Positions 1 through 6,259 of a DNA stretch of 7,319 nucleotides are shown here, one piece after another. A model generated the notes under the pieces. That model was not told the DNA's origin and did not search any database. It worked only from the letters and a program-made list of their open reading frames with translations. The translations under genes were made by a program, and so were the position numbers. The stretch's first letter is position 1; each line of letters starts with the position of its first letter. This stretch comes from a virus: the IMG/VR virus record IMGVR_UViG_3300002520_000061, positions 1 to 7,319 of that record; one strand, given 5' to 3'.

Positions 1-99
1 GGCCGAGCATTAAACATAAACACTCGACATTATGCGCAGTCACCACACATTGTGTTGTGGCCGCGCTTCCAGGTACGCGCTTTTACAGGATGAAATGCT
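1..99. repeat. Left copy of the exact 99-nt terminal direct repeat (circularisation overlap)
   Basis: Bases 1..99 (ggccgagcattaaacataaacactcg...ggatgaaatgct) are identical to 7221..7319. The window ends exactly at the end of the repeat. Confidence 0.95.
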
Positions 100-129
100 G
101 ATGCCGATAAGTAGCTTTATCGGCATCAG
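98..129. other. Perfect 13-bp-stem hairpin in the large intergenic region (packaging signal or minus-strand origin candidate)
   Basis: ctgatgccgataa (98..110) pairs perfectly with ttatcggcatcag (117..129), leaving a 6-nt loop. On the coding strand it lies just downstream of the last morphogenesis gene and its terminator. Confidence 0.5.
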
Positions 130-136
130 AGATAAC

Positions 137-169
137 AAAGAAAACGGCGTGGCCCAAGGGCCACGCCGT
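137..169 (-). terminator. Rho-independent terminator after the Zot/pI-like gene
   Basis: An 11-12 bp GC-rich stem, acggcgtggcc (144..154) with ggccacgccgt (159..169), has a 4-nt loop. On the minus strand it is followed by TTTTCTTTGTT (plus-strand aacaaagaaaa, 134..144). It sits 28 nt past the stop codon at 197. Confidence 0.75.
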
Positions 170-196
170 CGGCGTTAGTGCGCTCAGCCCGCTATC

Positions 197-1528
197 TCAC
201 GCCGACGGCGTGGTTAGACTGGCTAAGGTGGTGACGTTCTCGGGCATGGCAAGGCCACCATTTTGTTTGGGGGCTGGCGTCACAATACGAGGCTGACAGT
301 TAACAGTAATGGCGCGGCCATTGCGGTCTGTGACCACCGAATAGCAATCGCCCAGGTAATCGACCTTATACCCAAGGTTCACCAAGTCATCAGAGTTAAA
401 CGCAAGTTCATCCTTGCCACGCATCCCTGTAAACAAAACCAGCCCCTCAAATCGTCCCGCATAAATCGCGCCACTGGCACCAGTGCTAAACAGCTCGGCA
501 ACGCCATACGGCATCACGAAAGCAGACTGAGGGCTCCCGTTGCCAGCATTCGAGTTAGAAACAGACACAGCCACAGGATCAGCAGACGCAGCAGAACCTT
601 CTTGAGCAGCCACAGGCTGCCCACCTTCAGGTAATGCAGGGTCAGCCGCAAACTTTGCATAAAGAAGCCAGCCCCAGCAGACAAACACGAGCGGTATAAC
701 GACAAACAGGACAAAACGAACCTTAAACGAGGATAACGGGCCGCTAGATTGCCCAGATTTGGTAACAGAGCCTGTTTGAGTGGACTTATATAGCATGTGC
801 ACAGCCAGCGGCACACGCCGCTTAAACGTGACGCTCTGCTTGGTCGGGATGCCGTTTTCAAGGGGGTTGTGCTCATAGATGCGGGGTTTCCGTCTGGAAA
901 GAAAAAACGAATCTTTGCTGGAATAAGCAAAGGCCACTTCACAGCAGGCCCGAACGGGCCGAGGGATAGAGGTAATATCGGGCGTTGCAAACACCACATC
1001 CCAGTTATAGTGACGGTGACGCATAAACGATTCTTTGGGGCTGGTCGGATACATAATCTGGCCCCGTTCATCGAAAACCACCCTCCCCGTATCATCGGTG
1101 TCACACTCTTCAATAGTCTCGGGTTTATAACTGGCAAGAACGTCTTTAAAGAGCTGGATAAAGTCAGCAGGTAACACATTGCTATAGGTATCAATCGGCT
1201 TTAGGTTGTATTCCTCCTGCCCCTTAAATACATCTCTATCATATATATCCTGACATTCATCAATAAAGACGAATGCGCCAATGGGCATCCAGTGATGCCA
1301 GCGCCGCCAGAGTTCTTGATATTTCGGGTCTTGCGAACTGACGCGAAACAATTTCGCGGATTCGGGGAACTTCTCACCGAGAAATTCCTCGATTTTATGC
1401 TTGGGCCACATGCCCGCCGCGTTCGTGACAACGAGGCGGCCAGCGCGAAGCGCAGGAAGCAGGCGAAACCAGATTACAGAGCTGGATTTATAAGAGCCGT
1501 TGTGACCGTGTTCAATGACGATTGCCAT
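197..1528 (-). CDS. Zot/pI-family phage assembly ATPase (zonula occludens toxin-like P-loop NTPase)
   Basis: 443-aa ORF. The N-terminus MAIVIEHGHNGSYKSS carries a Zot-type Walker A (GxxGSYK[ST]). FVFIDECQ is a Walker B candidate. A single TM segment (FVLFVVIPLVFVCWGWLLYA) is followed by a C-terminal domain of about 150 aa. It is the last gene of the structural block and forms a TAAATG junction with the upstream gene. Confidence 0.88.
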   Translation of the reverse strand: MAIVIEHGHNGSYKSSSVIWFRLLPALRAGRLVVTNAAGMWPKHKIEEFLGEKFPESAKLFRVSSQDPKYQELWRRWHHWMPIGAFVFIDECQDIYDRDVFKGQEEYNLKPIDTYSNVLPADFIQLFKDVLASYKPETIEECDTDDTGRVVFDERGQIMYPTSPKESFMRHRHYNWDVVFATPDITSIPRPVRACCEVAFAYSSKDSFFLSRRKPRIYEHNPLENGIPTKQSVTFKRRVPLAVHMLYKSTQTGSVTKSGQSSGPLSSFKVRFVLFVVIPLVFVCWGWLLYAKFAADPALPEGGQPVAAQEGSAASADPVAVSVSNSNAGNGSPQSAFVMPYGVAELFSTGASGAIYAGRFEGLVLFTGMRGKDELAFNSDDLVNLGYKVDYLGDCYSVVTDRNGRAITVNCQPRIVTPAPKQNGGLAMPENVTTLASLTTPSA

Positions 1529-1930
1529 TTACCACCCCATGATATTCATGACAAAGCGTGTGATGTAGACGTTAATCAACAGGTTAAGCGCATTGGCAAA
1601 ACCAAGCTCTTGAAGACCCCAACGAACGCCGCTAGGTAATTGCGATATGGCGGCTGAGAGATAAGCCGCGATATTAATATCAGTCGCTATTTGCTGGGCA
1701 ACCAGATAGGCAAACTTAATCATATGGAGCTTGGCTGTTAACATCGCCAAGGTGTAATACTCTACACCCCACGCAACAAAACGATGAAAAATGCCGGGCA
1801 CTTCCTCAGTGATGGCATAGTGCAAATCGTTGAGTTGCTGGCCTACATAGTCCAAGAAAGATGATGAATCATCAGCAGCAAAAGCAAGCGATGGCAGAAA
1901 GAACAGAGCCCAAATAATCAAGTTACGCAT
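1529..1930 (-). CDS. pVI-like minor coat / virion-cap protein (position of ace in CTXphi)
   Basis: 133-aa ORF with a hydrophobic N-terminus (MRNLIIWALFFLPSLAFA) and further hydrophobic segments. It sits between the pIII-like and pI-like genes. It overlaps the pIII-like stop by 8 nt (ATGCGTAA). The function is assigned by synteny only. Confidence 0.6.
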   Translation of the reverse strand: MRNLIIWALFFLPSLAFAADDSSSFLDYVGQQLNDLHYAITEEVPGIFHRFVAWGVEYYTLAMLTAKLHMIKFAYLVAQQIATDINIAAYLSAAISQLPSGVRWGLQELGFANALNLLINVYITRFVMNIMGW

Positions 1931-3179
1931 TTTTACGACCCCCCATCAAAATTGAAAAAGCAAGCAAAACAGCAAGGAACCAAATGGCCATTTTAGGGCC
2001 GGAATTAAAAAACAATTCGAGGTTAGATTTGCCACTCAAATCAACCCTAACGCCATTTATATCGTGATAATCATTATTGTAAGTGCCAGTGATAGTTAAT
2101 TCCTCAGGCGCAAAAACTGACTTAACATCATTCATAGCGTCAGATATTTCAGTGTCTTTATTCTCTATTTGTTTTTTAACGTCATCAATGGATTCGGTAG
2201 AAAACACCTTTGACAAGGCAGAGCCAGAACTGCCGGATGGCTTGTTAAAAGAACAGAGAGGCCCCTCGCATGGTTTATCACCCCCCTCGCCTCCCCCTTG
2301 ACCATTACGCAATAGCTCCTCAATAGATTCAAGCGCAGAAACCATATTGCCAGCTTGCGCAGCTGACATCTCAGTATTCTGACCTATTTGATGCAATTTC
2401 CCCCATAAGCCGTCAGTGTTACTAACAACGCGAAGATTTGCATTGATTAACGAGTTAAGATGGTTTTGAATTTGCGCCAAATCAAAACTGTAATCAGGTG
2501 AGCTCATATTCTCAAGCTGACCAATTAATCTACGTTCTTTAGCATCCCAATAATCGGAGCTTAGAACCTGCTTGTTATTAAGCGTGGTCAGGTGAAAATT
2601 GGTTGTTTCGCCAGTTTGAGAAATTGAACCTGTTATACCCTGAGTATAATTTCCAATACGCTTTAAATCCTGACTGGATTCAGAGAGGTATTTAGAGGCA
2701 TCAAAAGAAAAAGATTCAAACTTCCTTGAGAAATCCTTAATGTCTCCAGAAACTTTTTCAGAGGCCACACGAACGTTATTTGAAACAACGTTAAAGCCCT
2801 TACCTAAATCGGCATGGCTATTTTGACCAACCCACAGCTCGCCCATATTAACAACACCATTGCCACCTGTGGCGGTGCCATCCTCACCAACAGGAGGGTT
2901 TGGATCTTTCCCAGGGCCGTTATTATCAGTAGGGGTACACTCTTGGCCGCTAGAAAAGTAAGGGCCGCGGGTAGGAGGAACGGCGTTAGGCAGCTCAACA
3001 CAAACAGAGCCATTATCACCCCCACCGCAATAGGCATAACAACCGCCCAGTGTAGAACCCGAATAAACATAGCAAATGGGGTTTGGTGAAACGATATGAG
3101 CAGAGCCGTAATTTACGCCGGGGGCACAGCCAGCGAACGCGGCAAAAGGGGAAAAAAACAAAGGTAAGAGATAACGCAT
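1923..3179 (-). CDS. pIII-like adsorption / minor coat protein; start re-assigned to Met13 of the listed ORF
   Basis: 418 aa counted from the ATG at 3179 (MRYLLPLFFSPFAAFAGC...). It has a signal peptide ending AFA/GC. The N-terminal domain carries 6 Cys and is followed by a Gly/Pro-rich linker (TDNNGPGKDPNPPVGEDGTATGGNG) and a second Gly-rich stretch (NGQGGGEGGDKPCEGPLC). The C-terminal TM anchor is MAIWFLAVLLAFSILMGGRKNA. AGGTG lies 5 nt upstream of 3179. The listed start at 3215 lies just upstream of the terminator hairpin, so that reading frame would run through it. Confidence 0.8.
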   Translation of the reverse strand: MRYLLPLFFSPFAAFAGCAPGVNYGSAHIVSPNPICYVYSGSTLGGCYAYCGGGDNGSVCVELPNAVPPTRGPYFSSGQECTPTDNNGPGKDPNPPVGEDGTATGGNGVVNMGELWVGQNSHADLGKGFNVVSNNVRVASEKVSGDIKDFSRKFESFSFDASKYLSESSQDLKRIGNYTQGITGSISQTGETTNFHLTTLNNKQVLSSDYWDAKERRLIGQLENMSSPDYSFDLAQIQNHLNSLINANLRVVSNTDGLWGKLHQIGQNTEMSAAQAGNMVSALESIEELLRNGQGGGEGGDKPCEGPLCSFNKPSGSSGSALSKVFSTESIDDVKKQIENKDTEISDAMNDVKSVFAPEELTITGTYNNDYHDINGVRVDLSGKSNLELFFNSGPKMAIWFLAVLLAFSILMGGRKNA

Positions 3180-3192
3180 GGCGGCACCTAGT

Positions 3193-3213
3193 AAAAAGGG
3201 GGCCGAGGCCCCC
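3193..3213 (-). terminator. Rho-independent terminator between the coat-gene block and the pIII-like gene
   Basis: The minus strand reads GGGGGCC-TC-GGCCCCC followed by TTTTT (plus strand aaaaa 3193..3197, gggggcc 3198..3204, ggccccc 3207..3213). An attenuating terminator after gene VIII is a known Ff feature. Confidence 0.75.
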
Positions 3214-3217
3214 ACAT

Positions 3218-3298
3218 TCAGGAGGTGAACACCCCCGACAGAAACGCAGCCCCAAACACAAACGCGCCAGTGGCTGCTAGGATGGCGGCTACGAGCAT
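3218..3298 (-). CDS. Unlisted 26-aa hydrophobic micro-ORF (small minor-coat or membrane peptide candidate)
   Basis: My translation of the minus strand gives ATG CTC GTA GCC ... TCC TGA = MLVAAILAATGAFVFGAAFLSGVFTS*. The ATG lies 3 nt after the coat stop and in the same frame (TAA GTC ATG). The ORF ends 4 nt before the terminator hairpin. No clear SD is present, so coupled re-initiation is plausible. Confidence 0.45.
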   Translation of the reverse strand: MLVAAILAATGAFVFGAAFLSGVFTS

Positions 3299-3301
3299 GA
3301 C

Positions 3302-3529
3302 TTACTTACGCAGCCAGCTAACGATCATGCCAAGGGCAAAGCCGAGCGCAGCAACACCGATAACACCAGCAGTCACAAGACCGTAGTTTTCCTGACCAGT
3401 TGCAATAGCCGCTTCGATTGCAGTCTTGGTATCCGCAAAAGCGGGCGCGGCCATCAGAGAGGCAGCGGCCACTGCGGGAACGGTCGCTTTTTTCATGCCA
3501 GCGGCAAACAGCTTATTAATCTTTTTCAT
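3302..3529 (-). CDS. Major coat protein (pVIII-type) precursor
   Basis: 75 aa. The signal peptide ends AAPAFA|D. The roughly 43-aa mature peptide is DTKTAIEAAIATGQENYGLVTAGVIGVAALGFALGMIVSWLRK. It has an acidic N-terminus, a hydrophobic core and a basic C-terminus, the classic inovirus coat layout. A GAGGG RBS lies 7 nt upstream. An alternative start is Met12 at 3496. Confidence 0.9.
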   Translation of the reverse strand: MKKINKLFAAGMKKATVPAVAAASLMAAPAFADTKTAIEAAIATGQENYGLVTAGVIGVAALGFALGMIVSWLRK

Positions 3530-3545
3530 GATATTTCCCTCAAAG

Positions 3546-3803
3546 TTAACGACTTATCTTTCTAGCGATAAGACCAGTAAAATAACCTGCCAAAAACAGC
3601 AGGATAAAATACAGAACAAACATGCCGAAATATTCGGGGTCAAACCCGAATAAATCGGTTACACCTAATACCTTGTCTAATTCCGTTGGAGTTAGCAGGG
3701 TATAAACTAACGACCCGTCCGCGCTTATTTGCGGGCAAACATCTAGATGCTCTACCCGAGTTATCCCTGTAGTGGAGTCAACAAAGAAGCACGGACGAGA
3801 CAT
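3546..3803 (-). CDS. Small membrane protein (possible pVII/pIX-equivalent minor coat or morphogenesis protein)
   Basis: 85 aa with one C-terminal TM segment (FGMFVLYFILLFLAGYFTGLIA) and a basic tail. It forms a TAATG overlap with the upstream gene. It sits immediately upstream of the major coat gene. Confidence 0.6.
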   Translation of the reverse strand: MSRPCFFVDSTTGITRVEHLDVCPQISADGSLVYTLLTPTELDKVLGVTDLFGFDPEYFGMFVLYFILLFLAGYFTGLIARKISR

Positions 3804-4120
3804 TAGAATTTGGCCTCTTTGGCTTGAGCACCTACAGAGGATTTACCAACGATACCAGAAACAATGTTACGGGTAAGGTCAGTCGGATTAGGCTGCACCT
3901 CCACATCAACCATTTCACCAATCTGACACATGGCAAATTGATTAAGGGCTGATGGCTCTAAATCAACCTCTTTAACTTCATAACCAAAGCCATGATAATT
4001 CATGGTCGCGGTAGTTACGGGCTTGATAGGTACAGCATAAGAAAACATGCACATGTCATATTGCTTGCCTGCTTTTGATGTACCGTGACGACGGGCGGCA
4101 CCAATAAACATTACTTTCAT
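3803..4120 (-). CDS. pV-like ssDNA-binding protein candidate
   Basis: 105-aa soluble protein in the gene V position, after the replication genes and before the coat genes. An AGGAA RBS lies about 9 nt upstream. The function is assigned by size and synteny only. Confidence 0.55.
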   Translation of the reverse strand: MKVMFIGAARRHGTSKAGKQYDMCMFSYAVPIKPVTTATMNYHGFGYEVKEVDLEPSALNQFAMCQIGEMVDVEVQPNPTDLTRNIVSGIVGKSSVGAQAKEAKF

Positions 4121-4139
4121 ATTTTAGGTTCCTATATTT

Positions 4140-4152
4140 GGTCACTGTTACT
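4140..4152. promoter_or_regulatory. Motif copy GGTCACTGTTACT in the 44-bp gap upstream of the pV-like gene
   Basis: It is intergenic (4121..4164), about 20 nt upstream of the pV-like start codon and next to its RBS. Confidence 0.6.
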
Positions 4153-4164
4153 TTATTTGGGCTG

Positions 4165-4587
4165 CTATTCCAATATGCGGCCATCTGGGTATTGCAGGAA
4201 TGCGCTAACAGAGTTCGCGTAAATCCCCACGTAAAACTCCTCTGCTTTGTCTTTATCGGCAAAGCGTAGGTGTTTAATCTCGGCGTCCATGGTTTCCCAT
4301 TGGACTAAATACGGGCCGTGTTCGGCGATTAACTTGTTACGTTCGGCGGCCATGCGAACATCAATACACATCTGGCGATTACAATAACCGTCACTGTTAC
4401 CGTTAATCGGCAGGTAACAACAAGGACAAATAGATTGAAGGGTCATCGCCTCCCCCAGTTTGCCAGGTGAAATTCGAATACTGGAACGAGACGGGCCACA
4501 GAACCGAACGGCGGGCAATCTCATTGCCTGCAATATATGGGCGTGTTTGGTCGCGCCCCGATGCTCAATGGATAAATAGTCAATCAT
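4165..4587 (-). CDS. Hypothetical Cys-rich protein in the RstB position
   Basis: 140-aa ORF with an ATGA overlap onto the Rep stop. A GAGGG RBS lies 7 nt upstream. It contains CPCC-x14-C-x4-C (CPCCYLPINGNSDGYCNRQMC), a possible zinc-ribbon-like element. A shorter form could start at Met48 (4446, preceded by GGGGGAGG). Confidence 0.6.
   Translation of the reverse strand: MIDYLSIEHRGATKHAHILQAMRLPAVRFCGPSRSSIRISPGKLGEAMTLQSICPCCYLPINGNSDGYCNRQMCIDVRMAAERNKLIAEHGPYLVQWETMDAEIKHLRFADKDKAEEFYVGIYANSVSAFLQYPDGRILE
4389..4401. promoter_or_regulatory. Motif copy CGTCACTGTTACC inside the 140-aa ORF
   Basis: It matches 12/13 to GGTCACTGTTACC. Here it is read in a different frame (GNSD in INGNSDGY). 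An extra half-site, GGTAACA, lies at 4413..4419. Confidence 0.5.
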
Positions 4588-5753
4588 GCTACGACCCTCA
4601 GTTGAAGTTTGGGCATTTGATACCAGCTAGGCGGCAAACATTCCTGACGATGAATCTCGGTGCAGGAAACCATTTTTACAGGGCTGAACTGGCTAATATT
4701 GCACGGACGAGCAATATCAATTCCAATTTTCCGAAGGCGGGCGCGGTGTGTTTGGATTTGCCTTCTTTCGAAGTCAAACTGATGGCCATGCATCCACTGA
4801 AAGGCATAAATAGCAGTGGTGTTTGCTGCTCGAGCAGAATCAACTATTCCAGCAGAAAGTAATTGTGTGGCAATGGTTTCAAATTTCATATTAGACACGC
4901 TCAGTTTTTTGTCTAGGCTGGTAAACTCCGACATTACGGTTTCGAGTCTGGAGTAGTCTGATTTGCCCCAATATTGCAAACCTTCACGCTGCAAATAACG
5001 ATATTTAAATTTCAGCTCATAGCGAACCAAGCCGACCGACCAACAATAGTCAATCACACGCTGCAAATGCTCAACTTCATCTGACTCTGAGCCAAAAGCC
5101 TTGGTTACTTTAGGTAATGAATGCAACTCCAATTCATTACCCTTGGCATACACACAAGGATATATTAACGCCGAATTATTTTTCTTTGACTTCCAATCAC
5201 AACCATATCCATTTGTGAATAAGTGAGGGATTGAGTTTCTATATGAAAGTGTAGATACCGCCGATATATATTTTTTTTCGTTCTCAGCACCAACAGTAAA
5301 GTTTTTAGTGGTATGCAACCCTTTGATGATGGCTCCATCAGCACCAATGCGCTGCATAGGGGAGCCACCTTCAAAAGAATCGTCTCTATAAAAAATTTGC
5401 GTGCACTTGGTGAACTGGGGAACGAAATCAAAACGCCCGTATACCTCTCTCAAGATCTCATTGAATTTGTGAACACACTGGTCAACGGTCGTAAATCCCC
5501 ACAGATTTTCGAGGCGACCCCAGCGGCTGGGATTGCCGCTCATAAAAAGACGATTCCCAGATGCGCGAATGAGCACGGAGTCACAGAAAGAACCCTTGTG
5601 ACTGTAGGCAGGAGACGCAATGCCATTGTCTTGAACAACCTCCCCTTGCTCGACAACAAGGCGAAGGTACGCATTGCCATCAAGCAACGGTAAAGGCTGG
5701 GCAAACGTCTGTTCTATCTCAAGCCAATCGAAGAACACAAAAGTTCCATCCAT
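4584..5753 (-). CDS. Rolling-circle replication initiator, gpII / RstA (Phage_CRI-like) family
   Basis: 389 aa. The N-terminal FFDWLEI and the SGNPSRWGRLENLWGF segment resemble, by recall, the (I)DWL and SGNPSK..GHN.FG / ASPAKVLQGHNVFG motifs of filamentous-phage initiators. It is the first gene of the operon and is divergent from the HTH regulator. Confidence 0.8.
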   Translation of the reverse strand: MDGTFVFFDWLEIEQTFAQPLPLLDGNAYLRLVVEQGEVVQDNGIASPAYSHKGSFCDSVLIRASGNRLFMSGNPSRWGRLENLWGFTTVDQCVHKFNEILREVYGRFDFVPQFTKCTQIFYRDDSFEGGSPMQRIGADGAIIKGLHTTKNFTVGAENEKKYISAVSTLSYRNSIPHLFTNGYGCDWKSKKNNSALIYPCVYAKGNELELHSLPKVTKAFGSESDEVEHLQRVIDYCWSVGLVRYELKFKYRYLQREGLQYWGKSDYSRLETVMSEFTSLDKKLSVSNMKFETIATQLLSAGIVDSARAANTTAIYAFQWMHGHQFDFERRQIQTHRARLRKIGIDIARPCNISQFSPVKMVSCTEIHRQECLPPSWYQMPKLQLRVVA

Positions 5754-5844
5754 GCATACTGTTTGGTGGCTTTATACACCTGAGTCCTCATGCATGCAAC
5801 ACTGAGTGTTAAAATGTGCACACAAGGACACAAAGGGCCGCATA
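5754..5844. promoter_or_regulatory. Divergent promoter/operator region between Rep and the XRE regulator
   Basis: On the minus strand, TTGCAT (5799..5794), a 17-nt spacer and TATAAA (5776..5771) lie just upstream of the Rep ATG. On the plus strand there is an extended -10, TGTTAAAAT (5807..5815). The inverted repeat AACAC-tga-GTGTT (5798..5810) overlaps both promoters. The palindrome TGTGCACA lies at 5816..5823. Confidence 0.55.
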
Positions 5845-6174
5845 ATGCAGCACATAAGCGATAACATAAAACGTATACGCAATGAGGCAGGGCTGAGTCA
5901 GCAGGAACTTGCAGATAGAGCTGGGATATCAAAATCCCAAATCTGGAGGCTGGAAAAGGGAGAGCAAAAAAACCCCACCCTAGAAACACTCATACCGATA
6001 TCAACGGCACTTGGCGTATCTCTAGACGAGATCGTGTTTGGGGAAGAATCAAAAAACGCCACCTATTTATCAAAGGCGATAGAAGAGCTGGAGCCTGAAG
6101 ACAGGAAAGCTATACGGAAAATCATTAGGGGGTGGATCCTGATGAGTCACAATGAAAAGATTTTTGAAGAGTAA
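5845..6174 (+). CDS. XRE/Cro-CI-family helix-turn-helix transcriptional regulator (phage repressor candidate, RstR-like position)
   Basis: 109 aa counted from the ATG at 5845. MQHISDNIKRIRNEAGLSQQELADRAGISKSQIWRLEKGE is a textbook HTH_XRE N-terminus. AAGGG lies 8 nt upstream. The listed ORF begins at a GTG (5806) inside the predicted promoter and is unlikely to be the true start. Confidence 0.85.
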   Translation: MQHISDNIKRIRNEAGLSQQELADRAGISKSQIWRLEKGEQKNPTLETLIPISTALGVSLDEIVFGEESKNATYLSKAIEELEPEDRKAIRKIIRGWILMSHNEKIFEE

Positions 6175-6219
6175 AGATTGAGCAGTGCCCAAGGGGGGAT
6201 ACCGCGGGTTATTGCGGTA

Positions 6220-6248
6220 AAGTCCGGGAGTCACTGAACCCCGGACTT
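6220..6248. other. 9-bp-stem hairpin downstream of the XRE gene
   Basis: aagtccggg (6220..6228) pairs with cccggactt (6240..6248), leaving an 11-nt loop. The loop contains gtcactg, a half-site of the recurrent motif. Confidence 0.5.
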
Positions 6249-6259
6249 CAAAACGCCCC

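Noticed and set aside
297-309. Degenerate motif-like sequences gttaacagtaatg (297..309) and cgtcagtgttact (2411..2423)
   Set aside because: They match the GGTMACTGTTACY core at only 9/13 and 11/13, and one half-site is disrupted in each. They are too weak to count without comparative or binding data.
794-799. Internal pXI-like restart at Met245 of the Zot-like gene, just before the TM segment
   Set aside because: The position parallels f1 pXI. However, the sequence upstream of this ATG (gccgctggctgtgcac) shows no SD-like element, so there is no sequence support.
263-1639. Plus-strand and alternate-frame ORFs inside the Zot-like gene (263..634, 514..1194, 797..1174, 1201..1431, 1292..1639)
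   Set aside because: All are nested in or antisense to a confidently recognised Zot/pI-family gene. Their translations are R/S/C-rich and low in complexity, as expected for shadow ORFs.
2083-3280. ORFs overlapping the pIII-like gene (2083..2301, 2804..3070, 2814..3089, 3016..3261, 3083..3280)
   Set aside because: These are alternate-frame or antisense products of the pIII-like gene or the terminator region. Some would cross the terminator hairpin. None has an RBS or a recognisable motif.
5806-5844. GTG start at 5806 for the XRE regulator (122-aa form)
   Set aside because: The GTG lies inside the predicted extended -10 and operator. The ATG at 5845 has an AAGGG RBS and gives the standard spacing before the HTH.
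5754-5844. LexA (SOS) box in the Rep promoter, as in CTXphi
   Set aside because: I found no CTGT-N8-ACAG arrangement in this region or next to the GGTMAC motifs. The CTGT inside each motif is not followed by ACAG at the right spacing.
3426-5989. Other overlapping ORFs (3426..3653, 4056..4262, 4467..4862, 5165..5431, 5313..5693, 5714..5989)
   Set aside because: These are shadow ORFs over the coat, pV-like, Rep and promoter regions. The NKVTVT string in 4056..4262 is simply the translated GGTCACTGTTAC motif, not evidence of coding.
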